Source: Octopus vulgaris (lineage: Eukaryota). From it: a stretch of 64,000 nt of DNA. The notes beneath the pieces were generated by a model. It did not search any database. It saw only the letters and a list, made by a program, of their open reading frames with translations, and had not been told where the DNA came from. Position 1 is the first letter of the stretch, and each line of letters begins with the position of its first letter. Shown one piece after another: positions 54,770-64,000 of this stretch. The stretch covers positions 40,114,001 to 40,178,000 of the forward strand of contig OX597821.1 of NCBI GenBank assembly GCA_951406725.2, given 5' to 3'. A program made the translations under genes and the position numbers.

Positions 54770-55866
54770 GTAATCCCAACAACAACAATATTTCAGTGTA
54801 ATCTGAATTGAGCATAATCTCCTCTAATCTAGAATTATGTGAGTATTAAAGTGAGAAGGTTCTATCAACAACTGCTGAGATCTTTGGTTCTAAAGAAAAG
54901 TCAAGAAATAAACTGTTCGTCACACTTGTACGTGATTAAAGATTATTGATGGTTGGTCAGTCGGTTTATCCTACTTTATCAGCAGGTAAAACAAAAACAA
55001 AAAACATGCATATATTATATACACAGAACTGTGTTTATTAATAATGGTATTAACTTGGACTCTTAGAATTGAATTTGCAGGTTCTACAGAATCAAATGGC
55101 CTTAATTAACATTGTTGAAGCTAAACTGATTTAGTGACTCTCTCTCCATGTCAGTCCTCGAATTTTCATTTTGTCTGCTGTGGTCTTACACGATGTTCAT
55201 TAAAACAAAGGCAAACATAGCTTTTTTTTTTTGTTTTTTCAGTGTTGTTGATGTTGATGTTCATAGATGTAATATGGCTGAATGGTTTAAAAGTTTGTTT
55301 CACAACCATGAGATTCCTGGTTCAATCCAACTGCATGGCACCTTAAGTAAATGTAATTTTTTATATTCTCAGGGTCAGCTCATATCATGTAAGTGAAATG
55401 GGGGTAGATTGAAACTGTACTGAAGCTTATCAGATGAATTTTATATATATTTCAAAATGTACAGCCTTGTTACACACTGAGTCATACTAATTCTGCTTGA
55501 GAACAACGTTAAGGGTACAACATGTCTGTGCAGTAATCAGACCCTTACATGTTTATTCATTTGAACAAGCAACAGAGATCTCGTTGTTGAATGATAGACA
55601 CCCACTACTTCACATATATTGCAATGATTGAGGCTGAAATTGAAGAAGTACCTGAAACAACTAGCTTCGTGGTTCACATTCCATGTCACCTCTTCACTAC
55701 CTCAAGTCAAAAGACTTGAATTTCATTAGATTTTTACGACTATTTGTAGAATCACCACAACTTGTGGAAGGAAGAATAGTAGTTGTGTTTAGACCAGGAA
55801 CCTGATCCAAATACTCACAACAAGGTCGACATAACTAAAGGCACTGACGACCACCAGGTGGGGCTC

Positions 55867-56090
55867 TTAACTCTTTTGTTAACATATTTCAGTTGAAATT
55901 CACAGACTTCGTTTCAACTAAGAAATATTGAAGAATTTATGAAAATAACTTCATTTTTATCAAGCTAGGACTTGCAGCATATATTAGCATGTATTTTTAA
56001 TGGAAGCCTTTAATTACTATCACCTAAAAACAGAAAGTTTATGTCATAGAAGCAGGGTAGTTTCAAGGGGGTTGGTATAAAAAAGGTCTC
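55867..56090. mobile_element. Probable TTAA-type MITE (decayed)
   Basis: ttaactcttttgtta ... ggtataaaaaaggt; termini imperfect. Confidence 0.4.
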
Positions 56091-56229
56091 ATTAAGTGTT
56101 ACATCAGTGGTTCCCAAACTTTTCACAGCAGTTTCAAACAGTGGATCCCAACACTTTTATTTAAATGTGTTTTTCCATGGATCCCTTTCAATATACTTAT
56201 CCTTATTTATATGTATATATATATTTTTT

Positions 56230-56418
56230 GCCAAGATAGATCGCTAGCCACTACAAATTGTTTATTTTCTCTCCTTGTTTCTTTTTGGGTTCCTTTCTGT
56301 GAAAGAGCGTAGGTTCGAAACATTAAAGAATTTTTCACTTCCCGAGTGTTATACTAATACATCTATTTGTTGTCTACACCACCTGTCTTCATCTTTTGTT
56401 TTTTCGTGAATTCTTCCC

Positions 56419-56420
<2 letters not shown>
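56230..56420 (+). mobile_element. Short repeat with degenerate hammerhead-like motif (putative pLTR fragment)
   Basis: cttt-ctgtgaa-agagcgtaggttc-gaaacatt-aaag; homologous to 63210-63355 and 4340-4495. Confidence 0.55.
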
Positions 56421-56466
<46 letters not shown>

Positions 56467-56482
56467 TATATAATATATATAC

Positions 56483-56534
<52 letters not shown>

Positions 56535-56535
<1 letters not shown>

Positions 56536-57003
56536 ATTTCAATTAAATCAACAGTTTATATTTGCTGCTGATAAGTTGGCGCAATTACGGTGGATTTTGA
56601 AAATTTAGAGTATATATTCCCGAGGCACCGAGGCTGCTGCCTCGTCAATATTTATTCCTCCTGGCTTCTTTGCCGATGAGACGAGCCATTGGTAGATTGA
56701 CTTGATTAAATTTAATTTAATTTAATTAGGCTGGTTTGCCATAAAGTATGTCGAAACAATGCATTGTCCAAAGATAAATAGGGTAAATGTTTTTTAATTT
56801 TCCTTTGATTTCTGAATTACTACTATTTAGCGGTTTGAGTCTTGGCTGCTCTTTCTAGTGAGTCGAATGGCCTATCGGGGCCGTTCCTCAATATTGTTGA
56901 AATTATATATATATATAGTCTGTGACTATTTTCTCTTTCTCACTAGACCGCTGGTGGCGAAAAAATTTCTATTGAATTTTTTGCTACCCTTATATTGATT
57001 AAT
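56535..57003 (+). mobile_element. Hammerhead-bearing non-coding element between (TA)n tracts (putative Penelope-like pLTR or retrozyme-like)
   Basis: Contains the HHR at 56667-56774; its 3' ~200 bp is homologous to the reverse complement of 53235-53440. Confidence 0.75.
56667..56774 (+). ncRNA. Type I hammerhead ribozyme motif (U4C variant), predicted GUC cleavage after 56768
   Basis: UCUUUG-CCGAUGA-GAC[long hairpin]GUC-GAAA-CAAUGCAUU-GUC-CAAAGA; 6-bp stem I, G10.1-C11.1 closing pair, palindromic stem III ACAAUGCAUUGU. Confidence 0.8.
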
Positions 57004-57318
57004 ATATATGTATATATATATATATATATATATACATATATATATGTATATATATATATATATATATACATATGAAATTTTGAATTTATTTCATGGACCC
57101 CCAGTACTACCTTTGCAAACTCCCAGGTTGGGAACCACTGTGTTACATTAAGTCTACAATCCTACACATACCAAATTAGAATGAGACGCTACAGGAGAGG
57201 TACCAATACTTTAGAAGCAGCTGCAACACAATTCTGAGATATTTCTTTACATTTATATTACTCACTTCAAGTTCTTTGGTTGATATAAAAAAAGATACAA
57301 GTGGAAGCCAAAGTGATG

Positions 57319-57518
57319 TTACTCTTTTTACTCTTTTACTCTTTTACTCTTTTACTTGTTTCAGTCATTTGACTGTGGTCATGTTGGAGCACCGCCTTTA
57401 GTCGGGACTTATTCTTTGGAAGCCTAATACTTATTCTATCGGTCTCTTTTGCCGAACCGCTAAGTGACGGGGACGTAAACACACCAGCATCGGTTGTCAA
57501 GCAATGCTAGGGGCACAA

Positions 57519-57569
<51 letters not shown>

Positions 57570-57737
57570 TATACGACGGGCTTCTTTCAGTTTCCGTCTA
57601 CCAAATCCACTCACAAGGCATTGGTCGGTCCGGGGGCTATAGCAGAAGACACTTGCCCAAGATGCCATGCAGTGGGACTGAACCCGGAACCATGTGGTTG
57701 GTTAGCAAGCTACTTACCACACAGCCACTCCTGCGCC
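57319..57737 (-). mobile_element. SINE family B, full length and well preserved, (AGAGTAAA)n tail
   Basis: Reverse complement of 61771-62195, retains CpGs; ttactctt repeated at the 3' end. Confidence 0.92.
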
Positions 57738-58294
57738 TATTGGTTTTTTTTCTCTTAACACTACAGAAAAAAACAAGTTTGCAATGTTGTCCTCTGGATC
57801 CAGTACAGCTAGAGGACTAAACTGCATATTGCTAAAACCTTCATTGCATACAATCTAAACAAGCGATTTCTATCCTGTTTGATATTCAGGTCAGATTTCG
57901 ACTGTCAAAAAATCACTTTCCACACATTTACACACAGCGGAATCTGTGCAATATTGTCTTTTACAGTCGAGGAGATGATGACAAAGAGCCACAATGATGG
58001 ATAATGTTCAATATGTGAGATGGAATTTTAAAATATAAATGTAAAATGTGACTTTAATCATTTCATAACATCTTACAACAAAAAAAAAACAAAACAAAAA
58101 AAAAACAAAAAAAAAAACAAACTTTAACTCTGTCGTTCTGGTTCCCATTTTCAATCTTCAAACTTTTGTTAAATATAACATTTTTATCACAGACATGAAA
58201 ATATCAATTTGTGGTTGAAGTTTATACGCCTTTTTGATTCGATTTTGTTGAGAATTTTCAGAAATTATTTTGTTTTTGTCTTTATATTTCGCTG

Positions 58295-58347
<53 letters not shown>

Positions 58348-58446
58348 TTTAGTTCTTTGTTGGATTTCCTCAAATTTTATTGGGTTAAGGAATCTCATTC
58401 ATATTAAAATTTCATAGGCAAAAAGTGCTCAAATACACACAGACAT

Positions 58447-58498
<52 letters not shown>

Positions 58499-58581
58499 AC
58501 ACACACACACACATATACACAAGCTCACAGATAGACACATACATAGACTTAAATGTGTGTGTTGTGTGTGTGTATGTGTGT

Positions 58582-58625
<44 letters not shown>

Positions 58626-58896
58626 ATATATATATACATATATATATATGCATGTATGTATATATGTATGAATGTATGATTTATATTTTGTTTCAGTCAG
58701 TGGATGCCAGCCATGCTGGAGCATTAATATAACAAGTTTTGTTCAACAAATCAACCCCTGTTTTTAAGTTTTTAAGCCTTATATTTATTCTAATGGTCTC
58801 TTTTGCTGAATCACTATGTTACAAGTATTTAAACAAGCTGAACTGATGGTCAAGCAATGGTGGGGTCAAACACAAACCGAGACACATGCATATACA

Positions 58897-59302
58897 CATC
58901 ATCATCATCGTTTAACGTCCGCTTTCCATGCTGGCATGGGTTGGATGGTTCGACCGGGGTCTGGGAAGCCAGTAGGCTGCACCAGGCTCCAGTCTGATCT
59001 GGCAGTATTTCTACAGCTGGATGCCCTTCCTAATGCCAACCACTCCGTGAGTGTAGTGGGTGCTTTTTACATGCTACCGGCACAGGTGCCAGGGGAGGCT
59101 GGCAGCGGCCACGATCAGATGGTGCTTTTTATGTGCCCCCAGTACAGGTATCACAACTACAATTTCCATTTGATATTTATTTTTATGTTGATGTACTTGA
59201 CTCAATAAGTCTCCTCAAGCACAGCAGGTCACCTTATGATCCAAGGTAAGCACAGCAGGTCATTCTGCAATCCAAGGTACTTTGGATGGGCTGGGGCTAT
59301 GC
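58897..59302 (-). mobile_element. Family C repeat with a non-RTE 5' extension containing a ~30-bp tandem duplication
   Basis: (cat)n cgtttaacgtccgctttccatg.., then aagcacagcaggtca..atccaaggt twice. Confidence 0.8.
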
Positions 59303-59889
59303 ATGTGTGCATGTATGTATTTGTTTGTGTTTGTCCCCCACGTCATCGCTTGACAACCAACGTTGATGTGTTTACATCCTCAAAATTTAGCATTTTAGCA
59401 CAAGAGACCCGATAGAATAAGTACTCGGTTTACAAAGAATAAGTCCTGGAGTCGATTTGTTCCACTAAAGGCTACAGTAGTAGATAGTATATACAGTATA
59501 TACATACATATATAGAATATATAACATATGAGTGTGTACATAACAACATACTTCTGTCCGCACATGGAATCATTTGCAGAGATGTTGGTGAGAGTGTCTG
59601 CCGAAATATGTATTCATGTTTCTTAACCTTTCATGTCTGATACTGTTTATCATTGAAGTTAGCAGTTAATTCTAAGAGATTTGCCACATAGAGAGAAAAG
59701 CAAATTAATATTTTCAAATTTGGCTTCACTGCTGCCGACAAAGTCTGTTTATTTTCCTTCTTCTAAGTCTTACCACATTTTCAGATTCTGGGATTTTTTT
59801 TATCAGTTTTCAGTTTTCAGGGGGAGAGGGGGATTCCTGGTTTTGGCTACAGGTACTCTTATTGGAGATGTTGTTAGTGATGCTGTTCA

Positions 59890-59941
59890 GAATGTTGATG
59901 GTGATGTTGATGATAATGGGAGATGGTGGTCATGATGATAG

Positions 59942-59973
<32 letters not shown>

Positions 59974-60176
59974 TTGATGACGATGGTGATAATGGAAGAG
60001 GGTGGTGATGATGATAACTATTATGATGATGGTGATAAGGAAAACTATCAATAATGATGGTGGAGATGACAAGTAAGGTATCTAACATCACATGTGATGA
60101 TGATGATAACAGCATTAATGATAACATGGATACCCATCATTAGCATCATCATCCTCATCACCAGCACATCTTCATT

Positions 60177-60211
<35 letters not shown>

Positions 60212-60215
60212 AATT

Positions 60216-60248
<33 letters not shown>

Positions 60249-60255
60249 GTGATAT
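59890..60255. repeat. Degenerate (GAT)n tract with a short (CAT)n segment
   Basis: Direct reading. Confidence 0.9.
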
Positions 60256-60917
60256 TAGTAATACTGAAGATGATGGATACACATTTTTCAATAGTGAAAC
60301 TTCAAACCGTGTTGTCTTCTCTGATAATGGTTAGAGTAAAGCTGATTATGTATTTGTTATCAAACCTATCTGTAACATTCTGCCTCTGATCCAGAGTGTT
60401 TGGGGTGGGGTTTATGATGCTGCTTGTAACTGATGAAAATTGACAAACACATGCGCGTGCATACACACGGTATACTTGCCACATTACCTACATGCACATG
60501 CATGCACTCGCTCACACATTCACAAGCCAGGTTTACAGATTCCCCTCTCCCTCGCCCCTCTAGCAAACCCTTCTTCTTCCAGTCGTTTCAACATGCAAAC
60601 CAGGATGCCTTTGTTCTTTTCTCTCTCCATTGTTTTCTCTCCTTGCCTGTATATCTTGAAGAAGAGTTTATGCTCAAAATATAAAAGACTTTTCCTTCCA
60701 CATTTTCTGACCATAACCCTAGTACATTGTTTCTTTTTTTATCTTGTCTTCATGTTACTTATAAATGTTGACACACACTCATACACACACACACACACAC
60801 AAATACACACACACACACACACACACACATACACACATAAACACATGCATGCACACACAAACGTCCACAAACACACATACACAAGTGAATACATACTGGG
60901 AATGATATGTTTATGTT

Positions 60918-61079
60918 GCTAGGAAGCTGGTTATTCAACCTTGTGGTCTTGAGTTCAGTCCCACTGTATGCCACCTTAGGTAAGTGTCTTCTGCTATAGC
61001 CCCAGGCCAGCCACAGCCGGATGAGTGGATTTGGTAGACAGAAATTGAAAGAAGCCCATTGTGTGTGTGTGTGTGTGTG

Positions 61080-61117
<38 letters not shown>

Positions 61118-61151
61118 CAATAATAAATCTCTGAGCGACTGTATATTTATA

Positions 61152-61223
<72 letters not shown>

Positions 61224-61466
61224 GATATATATATAAATACATATATATACATATATATATGTATATGCTTGTATTTGTCCCACCAACATTGCTTCACAAC
61301 TGATGCTACTGTGTTTATGTCACTGTAACTTAGCAGTCCAGCAAAAGAGACTGATAGAATAAGCACTAGGCTTACAAAGAATAGGTCCTGTGGTCAGTTT
61401 GTTCAGCTAAAAGTGGTGCTCCGGCATGGCTGCAGTCAAATGACTGAAACAAGTAAAAGAATAAAA
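60918..61466 (+). mobile_element. SINE family B with expanded internal microsatellite
   Basis: gagttcagtcccactg..gaaagaagcccatt (TG/TA)n ..gactgaaacaagtaaaaga. Confidence 0.88.
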
Positions 61467-61770
61467 TGTTAGTGACAGCAAGAGCGTCCATCATTAAAAC
61501 ATTGCCATTAATAATTTGCATTCATTCAATGCATGTTAGCATAGAAAACAGACATGAAACAAACAACAATATGTGAACACGGTGAGGAATATTTTTTCCC
61601 AACAAATTCCATTCGCAAAGGTTTTGGTAAACCTGAGACAACAGCAGAAGACACGTAGCCAAAATCACATGCAGCAGGATCTAACTCCAGAGTCATCTGG
61701 TTAAGAAACAAACATTTCATCACTTAACTATGTTTGTGTCTATCATTTTGTTTTTAATTGCGTATTTATA

Positions 61771-61935
61771 GGTGCAGGAGTGGCTGTGTGGTAAGTAGCT
61801 TGCTTACCAACCACAAGGTTGTGGGTTCATTCCCACTGCATGGCATCTTGTGCAAGTGTCTTCTACTATAGCCTCAGGCCGACCAAAGCCTTGGGAGTGG
61901 ATTTGGTAGATGGAAACTGAAAGAAGCCCATCGTA

Positions 61936-61986
<51 letters not shown>

Positions 61987-62195
61987 ATATGTTTGTGTGT
62001 CTGTGTTTGTCCCCCCCAGCATCTCTTGACAACCGATGGTGGTGTGTTTACGTCCCTGTAACTTAGCGGTTTGGCAAAAGAGACCGATAGAATAAGTATT
62101 AGGCTTCCAAAGAATAAGTCTTGGGGTCGATTTGGTTGACTAAAGACAGTGCTCCAGCATGGCCACAGTCAAATGACTGAAACAAGTAAAAGAGA
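61771..62195 (+). mobile_element. SINE family B, full length (reference copy)
   Basis: ggtgcaggagtggctgtgtggtaag (A-box-like), gggttcattccc (B-box-like), internal (TA)n(TG)n, tail aagtaaaagag. Confidence 0.92.
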
Positions 62196-63209
62196 GAAAG
62201 AGACATATGTGTGCATGTGTATGTACACAAGAGTACATGCATGCGTGTGTGTGTGTGTGTATTTCAGTTTTGTAGTAAATATATTTCTATATTTTTTTGA
62301 CTTTCTGCTCCCCCTTGGCACGTGCTTGTCTGGTGCATTTCTACTTATTGCGATGCATCTACAGATATTGTACAAAACATTAGACATAACTGTGGCCAGT
62401 GTGTTGTCACTTCTATGTTATTTCAAAGGTGTTGAATCTAATTTCTCTTTTCTTTTTTAAGCTGTGTCCCACTGGACATAGTTTCTTTAGCTCATGTATA
62501 TATTCCTGTCTGTGCCATTGATGTGTGTTGGCATTGGTGGTTGTGGTGGGAGTGAAACTTGGTCAGACTTTTACCAAAAGTGGATGTGAAAGGTAGGTTT
62601 GGTAGAGTAATGTATATATTTCAGTTGGTGCTAACGTTCTTATGATTGGTTTGTGCTTGATATTTTGTACTGATGGTGGTGGTGGTGGTGGTGGTGGTTA
62701 ATCTATTGATGTTTTCTTTTCTGTTTTTTTTTTCTTTCTGTAACATTAAGAAATGTCAAAATTGAATAATTTGCAGGTGTTTAAAAATATATTAGGAAAA
62801 TAAAAGGTGATTTGAAAGAAAGAGGATTGGTTGTGAATAGAGAATAATGTGTGTGAATAAGGTGAAAATGGTTGAGAATATAAATCTAGTAAGCAGTTTT
62901 TTTTTATCTTATACTTAAAGAACACTAAAGACAATGGCATTAATTCCAGTCCTTCATGGGTGCTTTATTTTATAAACTCTGACAGAATGAGGAGCAAGTT
63001 AACCATTGTAAGATATGAATTCAGAACATCTCTGATAAGCACAAGTGAGTGTAGACACAGTAGAGAGAGAAAGAGATGAGTCAGTATAGCTCTAACCCAG
63101 AAGTTGGTGAGCAACATCCTGTTAATAAGTTGGATGTCACCATTAGGCTAGAAACCTGAAAAATCACTTCATCCACATGGTAACTGAGCCAGTTTCTCAC
63201 AAACAAACT

Positions 63210-63355
63210 ATGTTTATTTCTGTGTTCCTTTCTGTCAAAGAGCATAGGCTCGAAATGTAAAAGACTTTCTCACTTCCTGAGCGTTAAACTAATACATCTG
63301 TTTGTTGTTTATACACCCATCTTCGTCTTTTGTTTTTTTGTAAATTCTCGCTATA
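63210..63355 (+). mobile_element. Short repeat with degenerate hammerhead-like motif (putative pLTR fragment)
   Basis: cttt-ctgtcaa-agagcataggctc-gaaatgta-aaag; homologous to 56265-56420. Confidence 0.55.
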
Positions 63356-63364
63356 AATGTACAC

Positions 63365-63865
63365 ACCACTGGTCACAATGCACTTCTAATTCTGTCTTGA
63401 TTGCATCATTCTATTCCGACTTAACCCAATCACTTTACTAAATCTTTTTCCCATCATTGTAGAGGCCTTCCAAGTGGTCTTTCTTGACCTCTTGGATACC
63501 TTCAGGAACGCATGGGTCCACATGCTATTTGTGAGCCTTGAAACATGGCCTCCCCAGTGGAATCATGTCGTTCACTTCAATTTGTTCTTGAATTATCAAA
63601 TTTCGAATGTTCTCATATAGATATTCCTAGCGTGGTTCTTTCCATGGCCCTTTCCATTACAGCCAATTGATGTTCTGCCCTCTACATAGTGGCCCTTGTC
63701 TCACTTGCATATAAGAACACAAGTAGAATGGTGCTATTGAAGAGCTTGGCAAAATTGGTTTTGTTTGTTTTGCCCTGAGAACATCCTTTATTGCGCCGAA
63801 ATATGTTGCTCTGAGAACATCCAAGTTTTGCTCTGAGAACATCCTTTATTGCACCGAAATATGGA
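63365..63865 (-). pseudogene. Decayed RTE-type LINE 3' fragment
   Basis: Frame-broken YFGAIKDVLRAK (tandemly duplicated)..AKLFNSTILLVFLYASET..ERAMER..LGISI..HWGGHVSRLTNSMWTHAF..YPRGQERPLGRP. Confidence 0.85.
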
Positions 63866-64000
63866 AGCTGGAATCTCAAAAAGAATAACTGTAGGATGGA
63901 AGATGTTTAACTCAGTTTGTGTGTGTGTACATACATACATACATATATACATATATACATACATACATACATGCATACATGCATACATACATACATACAT

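Larger units (their letters stand above)
56105..57140. mobile_element. hAT (Charlie-like) non-autonomous element with nested insertions
   Basis: TIRs cagtggttcccaa / ttgggaaccactg; perfect 8-bp TSD tgttacat at 56097-56104 and 57141-57148. Confidence 0.92.

Noticed and set aside
55843-55866. ctgacga followed by a small hairpin
   Set aside because: No downstream GAAA or stems I/III, so not a hammerhead.

Overview
AT-rich, microsatellite-dense eukaryotic DNA with no recognisable host protein-coding gene. The repeat families resemble those I associate with an Octopus (coleoid cephalopod) genome; this is recognition by eye, not a database result, and the window is probably intronic or intergenic. 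Nearly all listed ORFs are artefacts of (TA)n, (CA)n, (TACA)n, (TAA)n or (GAT)n tracts. The real coding remnants are transposon debris: two R4/Dong-type non-LTR fragments (CCHC knuckle plus restriction-like endonuclease) in (TAA)n tracts, several RTE-type LINE 3' ends, and four Tc1/mariner fragments. There are also many tRNA-derived SINEs and hAT, piggyBac and Tigger-like MITEs. The most notable signal is a set of short non-coding modules, mostly in (TA)n/(TACA)n tracts, that carry type I hammerhead ribozyme (HHR) motifs with palindromic stem III and/or long fold-back inverted repeats. Four HHR motifs are well formed and three are degenerate. This fits Penelope-like element (pLTR) or retrozyme-like non-autonomous retroelements. 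One RTE insertion also shows a twin-priming-type 5' inversion. Boundaries of decayed repeats are approximate.
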